Source: an uncultured Actinomycetota bacterium
Lineage (GTDB): Bacteria; Actinomycetota; Acidimicrobiia; Spongiisociales; UBA5794
DNA: 64,000 nt
NCBI GenBank assembly: GCA_963836085.1
Contig: CAWIHT010000012.1
Coordinates: forward strand, 6,527-70,526
Reading direction: 5' to 3'
The translations under genes and the position numbers were made by a program. The notes under the pieces are model-generated. The model worked only from the letters and a program-made list of their open reading frames with translations, did not search any database and was not told where the DNA came from. The stretch's first letter is position 1; every line of letters starts with the position of its first letter. Below, one piece after another: positions 49,493 to 58,756 of the stretch.

Positions 49493-51361
49493 ATGCCGTA
49501 CTTCGCCGATCAACTGTTCCACGGCGTCCCGGGAGATCTCAACCCATGGGATGTGCGTTTCGACCCGGCGGATGCTGCCCATCTGTCGGTCGAATCCGAC
49601 GGCCGAATCCGGTTCCGTATCGTGACCGAGCCTTCGTTCGCCAACGCTGCCGTGGTTGCCGATGATGGCGTCGGCCACGCCATGAACCTCGTGTTCGATG
49701 AGCGAACGATCCAGGTGTGGGAGACGACGCTGGAGGTCGACGACGGGACGCAGTACACGTTCGCACTCGAGACAACCGACGGGCGCCCGGTCTATCGCGT
49801 GCCTGCCGGCATCGGCAACGCCGTGGAACGCCTCGATCGATGGACAATCGACCGCGCCACCATCCGGAACGTCGTCGTTCCATCGTGGTCTCGCGGCATG
49901 GTCATGTATCAGATCTTCCCCGAGCGGTTCGAGAACGGTGACCCGTCACTCAACCCGGACCCCGTTGCGTCGTGGGGATCCGAGCCCGACTGGCTCGACT
50001 TCCAGGGCGGGGATCTCGCCGGCATCTCCAACCGGGTCGATCACCTCGTAGCGCTTGGTGTCGACTGTGTCTATTTGAATCCGATCTTCGAGTCTCCGTC
50101 CACGCACCGCTACGACGCCATCGACTACTACTCCGTTGACCCTGCGCTCGGGGGCAATGAAGCACTTCGATCCCTCATCGACACGCTCCACTCTCGTGGT
50201 ATCCGGGTCATCGTGGACGCCTCGTTCAACCACTGCCATCCGAAGTTCTTCGCGTTCGCGGATCTCATAGAGAATGGGCCGGGTTCCGAGTACGCCGACT
50301 GGTTCAATGTCGCGAACTGGCCGCCGAGCGTCGTCGTCCGACCCGACCAGTTCGCCGCCGAAGCGTTCCGGTCCCCTGATCAATACCTCGCGTATCTCCA
50401 GCGGTTCGCTCCGAAGTCCGGGATCCCCGTCCAGATCGCATCCGATGACGGCCCGGCCGTGGACGTCAGCTATGAGGCCTGGTACGGGGTGCCGTCGTTG
50501 CCTCGCATCAATCTGGCAAATCCGGAGGCACGCTCCTACTTCCTTGACGTTGCCCGCCACTGGGTCCGGGAGTACAACATCGATGGGTGGCGCATGGACG
50601 TGGCCCGCTACGTCGACTTCGACTTCTGGCCTGAGTTCCGAGCAGCGGTCAAGGCCGAGAACCCTGACGCCTACCTCATCGCCGAGATCATGGGCGACGC
50701 CTCCGACTGGCTCCAGGGGAACGCTTTCGACGCGACGATGAACTACACGTTCCGTCAACTCGCCCTCGACTTCTTCGCGACGCAGACACGCAGCGGGTTC
50801 GAGCTCGCCGATAGGATTGCCCGGATGTCCGCGGCGTACGCCCCGGACGCGCTCGCCGCTTCGCAGAACCTCCTTGGCAGCCATGACACCGCCCGGTTCC
50901 TCCATGAGGCAGGCGACCGTCCGGAGCGACTCCACCTCGCCACCGTCCTGCAGATGACACTTCCCGGGTCCCCCGGTCTCTACTACGGCGACGAAGTCGG
51001 CATGACCGGCGGTGAAGAGCCTGCTTCTCGAGGCGCCTTCCCCTGGCATCAGCCGGAGACATGGGACACCACTCAACTCGATCTTGTTCGATCGCTGGCT
51101 GCACTGCGTCGTTCGCATCCGGTCCTGCGGTCGGGTCGCCTCGAGATCGCCTCCCGGAGCGACGACGCCCTCGCCTACATCCGGTCGGACGATTCGGATC
51201 GCCTCCTGGTCGCCATCAGTCGCTCGGAGCAATCGGTCGACATGACCCTTCCGGTGCAGTCGGTGAATCCCGAAGTGCTGTGGGGCGGAAGCCAGGCAGC
51301 GTCGGTGAATAGCGCGACCGTCATCACCGGCCTACTCGGAGCGGTGATCGTCAGGCTTTGA
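49493..51361 (+). CDS. GH13 neopullulanase/cyclomaltodextrinase-like glycosidase
   Basis: YQIFPERF, DASFNH, DGWRMDVA, IAEI, LLGSHD, LYYGDEVG. Confidence 0.9.
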   Translation: MPYFADQLFHGVPGDLNPWDVRFDPADAAHLSVESDGRIRFRIVTEPSFANAAVVADDGVGHAMNLVFDERTIQVWETTLEVDDGTQYTFALETTDGRPVYRVPAGIGNAVERLDRWTIDRATIRNVVVPSWSRGMVMYQIFPERFENGDPSLNPDPVASWGSEPDWLDFQGGDLAGISNRVDHLVALGVDCVYLNPIFESPSTHRYDAIDYYSVDPALGGNEALRSLIDTLHSRGIRVIVDASFNHCHPKFFAFADLIENGPGSEYADWFNVANWPPSVVVRPDQFAAEAFRSPDQYLAYLQRFAPKSGIPVQIASDDGPAVDVSYEAWYGVPSLPRINLANPEARSYFLDVARHWVREYNIDGWRMDVARYVDFDFWPEFRAAVKAENPDAYLIAEIMGDASDWLQGNAFDATMNYTFRQLALDFFATQTRSGFELADRIARMSAAYAPDALAASQNLLGSHDTARFLHEAGDRPERLHLATVLQMTLPGSPGLYYGDEVGMTGGEEPASRGAFPWHQPETWDTTQLDLVRSLAALRRSHPVLRSGRLEIASRSDDALAYIRSDDSDRLLVAISRSEQSVDMTLPVQSVNPEVLWGGSQAASVNSATVITGLLGAVIVRL

Positions 51362-51602
51362 CGTCGGGGTCGGCCCGGTTCGCCCTCACTCGCATGATGA
51401 ACGGGGCAGCAGCCAGCAGCAGGAAGATGGTGATACCGGCCACCTCGACGACACGCTGATGAACGGTCGACTGGCCATCGATTCCCACGAGCGAGGCGAT
51501 CGATCCGACAAGCAGGGCGAGGATCAGAGCGATGGCGATCGCGGCAAACAGCCAGGCGACATAGCCAAGGAGGAGCTTCCAGCCGGCAGCGTCGGGCTTC
51601 AC
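51351..51602 (-). CDS. Small two-TM hypothetical protein
   Basis: Two hydrophobic helices; GTGA coupling to the upstream DUF4870 gene. Confidence 0.55.
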   Translation of the reverse strand: MKPDAAGWKLLLGYVAWLFAAIAIALILALLVGSIASLVGIDGQSTVHQRVVEVAGITIFLLLAAAPFIMRVRANRADPDVKA

Positions 51603-51958
51603 GGACCGCTGATGAACCGGATGCTCAACGGATACCGATAGAACTCCCCGCCCGCCGCTTTGACGCCGGCAACGATGATCACCACGAAGGCGAAGACGCC
51701 AACGACTGCGATCATCACGATGCCGATGAGGATCAGGATCGCCAGGACCGACACGAGCATGTAGATCATCAGCGAGAACTGGAAATTCAGTGACTCCCTG
51801 GCGTGATACTCCACGAACGCATCTTCGTCACGTTTGATGAGCCAGATCACAAGCGGAGCAATGAAGCCGACGAGGAACGTGCCCAAGTGGGCCGCTGCCG
51901 CCCAGCCACGCGAGTCGGAGGGGACGGGATCGGGTACCGGGGGATAGTCGTTGGTCAT
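51599..51958 (-). CDS. DUF4870 (Tic20-like) membrane protein
   Basis: WAAAAHL, PLVIWLIK, HARESLNFQ, GEFYRYP; RBS AAAGGA. Confidence 0.85.
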   Translation of the reverse strand: MTNDYPPVPDPVPSDSRGWAAAAHLGTFLVGFIAPLVIWLIKRDEDAFVEYHARESLNFQFSLMIYMLVSVLAILILIGIVMIAVVGVFAFVVIIVAGVKAAGGEFYRYPLSIRFISGP

Positions 51959-52010
51959 CGCTGTCCTTTCGAGCGCGGCCACAGGATACCGACCCTGCGC
52001 ATCCGCCCGG

Positions 52011-52760
52011 CTAGTTCGAGAACGTGAGCGCCTGGCGACTCGCCCAGCGGGTCGCCACGCGGGTGTATGCGGCGCGAGAGGCTTCTCCGTCGCCACGTTC
52101 GAGCGCTTCGAGACTCTCGCGTATATCGAGGGCCGACTCGTCGAACGTCAGCGCGCCGTCAGGGAAGTGCGATGCCACGGTGCCGTAGTCGAGTTCGACC
52201 ATCGATCCGGTGTCGTACTCGGCAAGCCATCGCTCGAGGTCGCGCACCTGGTCCACAACCGGATCCGAGAATCCGGCGCCGTCGAGGACGCGAACCGCCC
52301 AGTCGATCCGATCGACGGCTTCACCGAGCCCGGTCCGGTACCGGATACCGAGCCCTTCGGGCCGATCGAACAGCTCTCGCTCGGTGGGATTGAATGCGCC
52401 GAACCATCGCAGTGGAACATGCCACGGTGAGGTGAGGATGTAGCTCCTACGATCCTGTGCACGGAGGCTGGCGAGTTCGCTCTTGAACGACTCCCGCTCG
52501 TCCTCGTCGAGCAACGGTATCCGCGGGTAGGTCGCAGAGAAGGCGAGCGCACCTTCGATCATCCTCAGCCTCGCATTGCGGGGACACACATACGACAACC
52601 CATTCCAGTCCGCCGTGAATGCGTCCTCGCGAATCGGCTCATTCCAGATGAATCGCCCGTCGGATTGGATCGGAGTGTCGAGCATGGCCACGTCGGCTTG
52701 CCGCCCCGTGGCGGTGCCGTCGTCCTCGATGTAGACCCGGAGATAGGCGGTGCTGATCAT
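52011..52760 (-). CDS. Conserved actinobacterial hypothetical protein divergent from Leu/Val dehydrogenase
   Basis: AYLRVY, WHVPLRWF, RYRT, SMVELDYG motifs; leaderless TACCAT-N6-ATG. Confidence 0.7.
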   Translation of the reverse strand: MISTAYLRVYIEDDGTATGRQADVAMLDTPIQSDGRFIWNEPIREDAFTADWNGLSYVCPRNARLRMIEGALAFSATYPRIPLLDEDERESFKSELASLRAQDRRSYILTSPWHVPLRWFGAFNPTERELFDRPEGLGIRYRTGLGEAVDRIDWAVRVLDGAGFSDPVVDQVRDLERWLAEYDTGSMVELDYGTVASHFPDGALTFDESALDIRESLEALERGDGEASRAAYTRVATRWASRQALTFSN

Positions 52761-52869
52761 CGGGCGATGGTACCGGGAGAGGTCCGGGTACGGACCCGGA
52801 ACCGCCCAACTAGAATCCCTTGTGCACCTCGGGCAGCGGCATCTCCCGTTTGCATCGAAAGGAGCCCCG

Positions 52870-53946
52870 TTGGGAGTATTCGAAGCGATCGGCACCGAAA
52901 CCCATGAAGAGATCCTGTTCGGTGCAGACCTGGCAAGCGGTCTCCGAACGATCATCGCAATCCATGACACGTCCCTCGGTCCCGCCCTCGGTGGGACCCG
53001 TTTCTATCCGTATGCGGATGAAGACGCCGCACTCCTCGATGTTCTCCGCCTTGCGAAGGGGATGACGCTGAAGTCGGCCGCGGCGGGCTTGGATTTCGGC
53101 GGCGGGAAGGCTGTCATCATCGGTGACCCGGCGACGCTGTGGAGCAAGGACCTGATCCGCGCCTACGGGCGCGAGGTCAACACGCTTGGCGGCCGCTACG
53201 TCACGGCCGAGGATGTCGGCACCACCGTTGAGGACATGGTTCTCGTCTCCGAGGAGACTCCGTACGTCTCTGGCCTGCCATTCGATCTTGGCGGATCGGG
53301 CGATCCGTCCCCGGCCACGGCGCGGGGAGTGATGGCTGCCCTGCGTGCCATCGCCGAGCGTCTGTGGGGGACCAGCGATCTTGAAGGCCGTCGTGTCGCT
53401 GTTCAAGGCATCGGCAAGGTCGGCATGGACCTGGTTCGACGGCTCACCGAGGTTGGAGCCGAAACCGTCGTCGCCGACCCGAACGTCGCCGCCGTCGATT
53501 TCGCCACGGAGACATACGGCTCGGCGCCAGTGGCGCTCGACGAGATCTACGACGTCGACTGCGACGTCTTCTCTCCCTGTGCTCTCGGTGCGACGCTCAA
53601 CGAGGAGACCATCCCACGCTTGCGGTGTGCTGCGATTGCAGGTTCGGCCAACAACCAACTCGCCGTTGACTGGGATATGGACGCCATCACCGATCGCGGG
53701 ATCCTCTACGCACCCGACTTCGTCGTGAACGCCGGTGGCGTCATCAACATTGCCGTCGAGGCCGATGGCTACTCGCCCGAGCGTTCTGCCGTGATGGTCG
53801 ACCGCATCTACGACAACCTGATGATCGTCTTCGAAACCGCCGACAGCGAAGGCGTGAACCCGAACGTGGCCGGGTTGCGCTTCGCAGCACGCAGGATCGA
53901 GGAGGCGGGCAGTCGCCGATTCCAACACCTGTGTGACGAGAAGTGA
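52870..53946 (+). CDS. Glu/Leu/Phe/Val dehydrogenase (leucine/valine dehydrogenase-like)
   Basis: GPALGGTR, GMTLK, GGGKAVI, AEDVGT, QGIGKVG, PDFVVNAGG; AAAGGAG before TTG. Confidence 0.9.
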   Translation: MGVFEAIGTETHEEILFGADLASGLRTIIAIHDTSLGPALGGTRFYPYADEDAALLDVLRLAKGMTLKSAAAGLDFGGGKAVIIGDPATLWSKDLIRAYGREVNTLGGRYVTAEDVGTTVEDMVLVSEETPYVSGLPFDLGGSGDPSPATARGVMAALRAIAERLWGTSDLEGRRVAVQGIGKVGMDLVRRLTEVGAETVVADPNVAAVDFATETYGSAPVALDEIYDVDCDVFSPCALGATLNEETIPRLRCAAIAGSANNQLAVDWDMDAITDRGILYAPDFVVNAGGVINIAVEADGYSPERSAVMVDRIYDNLMIVFETADSEGVNPNVAGLRFAARRIEEAGSRRFQHLCDEK

Positions 53947-53956
53947 GAGGAGTGCC

Positions 53957-55975
53957 GTGACCCTGGACTTCAACCACAAGGACCTCGGGTTGACCGACGA
54001 TGACCTCGTTGACCTCTACCGCAAGATGCTCATCTCGCGCCGCCTCGACGACAAGATGTGGGCGCTCAACCGGCAGGGGCGGGTCCCGTTCGTTGTCTCA
54101 GTCTCGGGCCACGAGGCGACGCAGATCGGCATGGCAGCCGCCCTCGATCCGACCAGGGATTGGTCGCTGCCCTACTACCGCGACATCGCGTTCAACATCG
54201 GCCTCGGGGTCACTCCCCTCGACGTGTTCCTCGGCGTCTTCGCCAAGGCTGACGATCCGTCGTCCGGCGGCCGGCAGATGCCGAATCACTGGTCGGAACC
54301 GGACCTCAACCTCTTCACCCACTCCTCGGTGATTGCCACGCAGTACCCGCACGCCGTCGGCATCGCGTACGAGTTGAAGCGACGGGGCACCGACTCGGTC
54401 GTCTACGTGTCCGGCGGCGAAGGCTCGACATCCGAGGGCGACTGGCATGAGGCGATGAACTTCGCCGGAATCCACAAACTCCCGGTGGTCTTCCTCATCC
54501 AGAACAACCTCTACGCCATTTCCGTGCCGGCGGACGAAGAGGTCGCAGGCCAGGTCGCCGACCGGGCCGAGGGCTACGGCATGCACGGCGTCGTCGTCGA
54601 CGGCAACAACATCATTGCAATGTACGCCGCAGCCTCAGCAGCCGTCGAGCGGGCCCGAGCAGGCGACGGTCCGACGCTCATCGAGGCGAAGACCTACCGC
54701 TACTACGCCCACACGTCGGACGACGACGACAAGCTCTATCGGACCAGGGAAGAAGTCGAACTCTGGCGCAGGAAGGATCCGGTCCCGAACTTCCGACAGT
54801 ACCTCGTCGAGCAGCGAGCCCTCAGCCCTGCCGCTGAGGCGAAACTCGAATTCGAAGTGACGGCGCTCGTCAACAATGCGGCTGCTGCTGCGGAGGACGC
54901 CGCCGACCCGACCGACGCGACCAGCAACGTCTACGCAAACCCAATTGTCCCGTCGGTGCCGGTCGAGACCATTGAGCCAACGCCGATCGGCGAAGAGGTC
55001 AACCTCATCACCGCCGTCAACCGCACACTGCACTACGCCATGGGGCGAGAGCCGAACAGCGTCATCTTCGGCGAGGACGTCGCCGACCCGAAGGGCGGCG
55101 TATTCAAGGCAACGGCCGGCCTCACCGACGCCTACGGGGCCGACCGTTCGTTCAACGCGCCGCTCGCCGAGTCGGTGATCATCGGTCTCGGTGTTGGCAT
55201 CGCCGCTACCGGCACAAAGACGATCGCGGAGATCCAGTTCGCCGATTTCATCCACCCGGCGTTCGACCAGATCGTCTCCGAGGTCGCCAGGATTCGCTAC
55301 CGGACCAACGGCCGATGGGCCTGCCCGATGGTGATCCGAACGCCATACGGCGGAGGCATCCACGGGGCGCTCTATCACTCGCAGTCGATCGAAGCGTTCT
55401 ACGCACACGTGCCCGGCCTCAAGATCGTCACGCCCTCAACACCGGCGGATACGAAGGGCCTGCTGCTGTCGGCCATCGACGACCCCGATCCGGTGATGTT
55501 CCTCGAGCCGAAGAAGCTGTACCGCCTGGCAGTCGGACCCATGCCCGAGGGCGACCATCGAGTCCCGATCGGCAAGGCAGCCCTGCGCCGCACCGGGAAC
55601 GATCTGACGATCATCTCGTACGGATCGATGGCTCACTTCTCCGTCGAAGCTGCCGATATCCTGCGCGCCGAGGGCATCGATGCGACGGTCGTCGACCTCC
55701 GCTCCCTCCGTCCGCTCGACTGGCCGACCGTTGAGGCAGCGGTCAAGCGCACCAGCAAGGTGCTGATCGTCTACGAAGACAACGAGTTCCTCGGCTACGG
55801 GGCCGAGGTCTCCGCCCAGATCTCCGAGAAGGCATTCGATTGGCTCGACGCCCCGGTCCGCCGCTACGCGTCTCCGGACGTTCCAACCTTCCCCTACGCC
55901 GCCTCCCTCGAAGACCAGATCATCCCGAACGTCGCAGGCATCGTCGAACAAGCAAGATCCCTCGCCGCGTTCTGA
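53957..55975 (+). CDS. 2-oxoacid (branched-chain) dehydrogenase E1, fused alpha/beta subunits
   Basis: PYYRD, GEGSTSEG..NN TPP motif, HTSDDD, then GEDV..GGVF, EIQFADF, HSQSIE. Confidence 0.9.
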   Translation: MTLDFNHKDLGLTDDDLVDLYRKMLISRRLDDKMWALNRQGRVPFVVSVSGHEATQIGMAAALDPTRDWSLPYYRDIAFNIGLGVTPLDVFLGVFAKADDPSSGGRQMPNHWSEPDLNLFTHSSVIATQYPHAVGIAYELKRRGTDSVVYVSGGEGSTSEGDWHEAMNFAGIHKLPVVFLIQNNLYAISVPADEEVAGQVADRAEGYGMHGVVVDGNNIIAMYAAASAAVERARAGDGPTLIEAKTYRYYAHTSDDDDKLYRTREEVELWRRKDPVPNFRQYLVEQRALSPAAEAKLEFEVTALVNNAAAAAEDAADPTDATSNVYANPIVPSVPVETIEPTPIGEEVNLITAVNRTLHYAMGREPNSVIFGEDVADPKGGVFKATAGLTDAYGADRSFNAPLAESVIIGLGVGIAATGTKTIAEIQFADFIHPAFDQIVSEVARIRYRTNGRWACPMVIRTPYGGGIHGALYHSQSIEAFYAHVPGLKIVTPSTPADTKGLLLSAIDDPDPVMFLEPKKLYRLAVGPMPEGDHRVPIGKAALRRTGNDLTIISYGSMAHFSVEAADILRAEGIDATVVDLRSLRPLDWPTVEAAVKRTSKVLIVYEDNEFLGYGAEVSAQISEKAFDWLDAPVRRYASPDVPTFPYAASLEDQIIPNVAGIVEQARSLAAF

Positions 55976-55995
55976 TCAGGTCGCCGGAGGCCAGA

Positions 55996-56170
55996 TCGTT
56001 TCCTCCCCTTCAGGGGGAGGTGGCAGCGCCCTCTTCGATTCCTCCCCTTCCAGGGGGAGGTGGCAGCGCCCTCTTCGTTTCGTCCCCTTCAGGGGGAGGT
56101 GGCAGCGCCCTCTTCGATTCCTCCCCTTCAGGGGGAGGTGGCAGCGCCTCCGAGGCGCTGACGGAGGGGG
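55996..56170. repeat. Tandem array of four 39-40 bp REP-like palindromic units
   Basis: Unit TCG(A/T)TTCCTCCCCTTCAGGGGGAGGTGGCAGCGCCCTCT at 55996, 56035, 56075 and 56114; the last runs into CAGCGCCTCCGAGGCGCTG-ACGGAGGGGG. Confidence 0.9.
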
Positions 56171-56271
56171 TCTCTCGCCGGCGTCGAGCGGCGGCCAGAG
56201 ATCTCAGAATTCTTCGAGATTCTTGTTTCTCGGCCCCGGTTTCTGTCACACCCGGCAGGTAGGTTGCGGGT

Positions 56272-57409
56272 ATGGGACATCACGATCTCTCCACCGCAAC
56301 GATCGAGGAACAGTTCCTCGACCACGAGGCGATCATCGCCCGGTCCCGAGCCGCACAGATGTCGCTGTTGCGGGAACTCGACCGGCGTCAGGTCGCTGTG
56401 CGGGACGGGCATCGGTCGTTGAAGGAGTGGGCGGCGGGTCGGATGGACGTGGCCCCGGAGACGGCCGGGATGCTGGTGTGCAACGGCGTGGCGTCTCGAA
56501 GACCTCCCCGACGTTGATCGAAGCCGTCGCTTCTGGTGTGATCGGGTTTGATCGGGCCGTTGCGGTCTGCCGGTTTGCGCGACGTGACGACTCGTGTGAC
56601 ATTCTGGGTGAGACGGCCGGGTTCGATATTGCCGGGATCCGCATCCGTACGGCACGGCGGCGGCGTTTGGCGCCGATCGATGAGGAGATGTCGTTCGAAC
56701 AGCGCTACGTCGCGATCCAGCCGAACCTCGACGAATCAGCGTGGACCCTGTCGGGTCGCCTCCCCGGCTACGCCGGACGCACCGTCGTGGCCGCCCTCGA
56801 AGCGAGAGCCGACAGCTTCCCGTACGGACCGACCGTGAACCCGTCCCGCACCACGAGGAACGCGGATGCGTTGTGGGCGATCAGCCAAGACTCGATCACC
56901 GGCGACAACGGAAGCCGCCGTCGACAGTCACGGCTCCGATGGTGTCAGTCTTTGTCGACGCCACCGAAGCGGCAGCCACCAACGCCGAGACCGGTATCAC
57001 GGTTGAGGCGGCCCGCAGGTCGGGCTGAACACGCTCCAAGCAATCCTGTGTGACGGTGTGGTTGAGGTCACCGCCCGCACCTCGGACGGGACACCGCTCG
57101 CCGTCGGGTCGACGCACCAGAGTCATCCCGCCGAGACTCCGAAGGTTCATCCTGCATCGTGACGGCGGGGTCTGCACCATCTCGGGCTGCGTCTCCCGCT
57201 ACCGCCTCCAGGTGCATCACACCACCCCATGGTCTGAGGGCGGACGAACCGACGCCGAGAACCTGTCGACCGTCTGCTGGTTCCACCACCATGTCGTGAT
57301 CCACGGCCACGGCTTCACCATCGACCCGGGCTCCCCACCCCAGAGGAGACGCCTCACCCGACCCCGAATCCACGCCCCACCCCACCGCACCACCTGGCGA
57401 ATCGCATAG
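56272..57409 (+). pseudogene. DUF222/HNH endonuclease (13E12-repeat-like) gene, multiply frameshifted
   Basis: Protein-like segments alternate between frames (about 56478, 56519, 56910, 57008, 57108); C-terminal RDGGVC..GC..HH..PW.EGG.T...NL..CWFHH HNH motif intact. Confidence 0.8.
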
Positions 57410-57431
57410 ACCACGGAGCCGAGCAGCCGAA

Positions 57432-57487
57432 TCGACTCCTCCCCTGACGGGAAGGAATTGTGGGAAGGAATTGTGGGAAGGAATCGA
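57432..57487. repeat. REP-like palindrome plus 13-bp tandem repeat
   Basis: TCGACTCCTCCCCTGACGGGAAGGAAT; GGGAAGGAATTGT repeated about 2.7 times (57449-57484). Confidence 0.7.
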
Positions 57488-57516
57488 ACTGGCTGCTGGC
57501 TGCTGGCGAGGTCGTC

Positions 57517-58296
57517 CTACAACCGCTTCACGCGTCGTTCGATCTTCTTGCGGATGCGGGCGTAGGACGGCGGCGGGCCCTTCTGTAGGGACTTCCCGTC
57601 GAGGTAGACACAGTCGCTCTGACCACACGCAATCATGTCTGCCTGTTCGCTCGTGTCGAAACTCTCGAACACGACGTTGTCTCCGAGTTCGGCCGCGGCT
57701 CGTCGCGCCCGTTCGTAGACCAGGTTCTGCGCAGGACACCACCCGCTGATATAGCCGGTGACGGTGACCTGGCCTTCGATCGGTTGCGGCTTCGGTCCCG
57801 GTTCGATCCATCGCGGGGGAGACGCGTCCGACGTGAACGGCTTCCACAGCAGCTTCTGTATTCCGCTGCGATCAGCTGTCTGATACCCGTGTTTCTTGAA
57901 CCAGCGGGCCTTCATCCACCACGGAAGCGCCACTCCCCATGCGACCATCCCCTTCGCCCCGAGAGCTTCGGCGTCGCGTTCGGCGGCTGAGAGGAGTGCT
58001 GTGCCGATGCCGTGACCTTGATGGTCGCCGACCCCCTGCTTGTACCCGTGCACCCAGATGCACAGGATCATGAAGAGGTCCGAGCCGACCGCCATGGAGT
58101 GTTCGATCGGCACGTACTGGATCATCCCGACCGGCCGGTCGTCGTCGATCGCGAGCTTGACCCGGAGTCCGCGCTCGCGCATCGTCCGATACCAACGTGA
58201 TTTGTGGTCGCCCGCCTCGTCCATCTCGCCGGACCAGTCTTCGAGACAGCGGACGTACGAGTCCTCGTACTCTGCTGAGAGATCAACGACCTTCAT
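57517..58296 (-). CDS. GNAT acetyltransferase (YoaP-like, thioredoxin-like C-terminus)
   Basis: GMIQYVP, ILCIWV, HQGHGIG, GWCP; RBS GGAGGAG. Confidence 0.8.
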   Translation of the reverse strand: MKVVDLSAEYEDSYVRCLEDWSGEMDEAGDHKSRWYRTMRERGLRVKLAIDDDRPVGMIQYVPIEHSMAVGSDLFMILCIWVHGYKQGVGDHQGHGIGTALLSAAERDAEALGAKGMVAWGVALPWWMKARWFKKHGYQTADRSGIQKLLWKPFTSDASPPRWIEPGPKPQPIEGQVTVTGYISGWCPAQNLVYERARRAAAELGDNVVFESFDTSEQADMIACGQSDCVYLDGKSLQKGPPPSYARIRKKIERRVKRL

Positions 58297-58421
58297 CGCA
58301 TGCTCCTCCGCCACGAGCGTATCAGTGCCGTCGACGACTGACGGCGGAAACACACCCGATCGCTAGGTCCGCGGAGCCGCTGGTCTTCTGGATTGAAAGG
58401 CGACACTGAGGCTTCGCCGGA

Positions 58422-58685
58422 TTAGGCGGTGGCCACGGAGCGAGTGAGGTCGCCGATGAGCGAGGCGAGATCCTCGGGGCGTGACCACATCGGCCAGTGG
58501 CTTGTTGGCCGACCGACGTAGGTCACGTCGCGCAACTCGATGAGACCCGCCAGCCAGGCGTATCCCTCAGCCACCGCTGCTCTGACAAGGCCGGAGGAAT
58601 ACCCGGTGCGCACGATCGTGCTCGTCACGTCCAAGCGCGCATCGGTGACGAGGACAGACCCCTCCCGGATCGGCCCGACCGGACT
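58422..58685 (-). pseudogene. C-terminal remnant of an alpha/beta-hydrolase (esterase)
   Basis: DARLDVTSTIV..PTSHWPMWSRPEDLA resembles the catalytic-His end of an esterase; no N-terminal part. Confidence 0.55.
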
Positions 58686-58756
58686 CGTGGATCGAGCCCG
58701 TTTCGACGGTCCGACCGCGCAACGGCCGCGGCGCCGACGTGCCGTATTCTGAGCGC

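Noticed and set aside
55996-56170. CRISPR array
   Set aside because: Units are directly adjacent with no unique spacers, and there are no cas genes in the window
56010-56249. ORF with repeated ALPPPPEG peptides
   Set aside because: Translation artefact of the DNA tandem repeat
56272-57409. Programmed ribosomal frameshifting
   Set aside because: Too many shifts and no clear slippery sites; decay or sequence error is simpler
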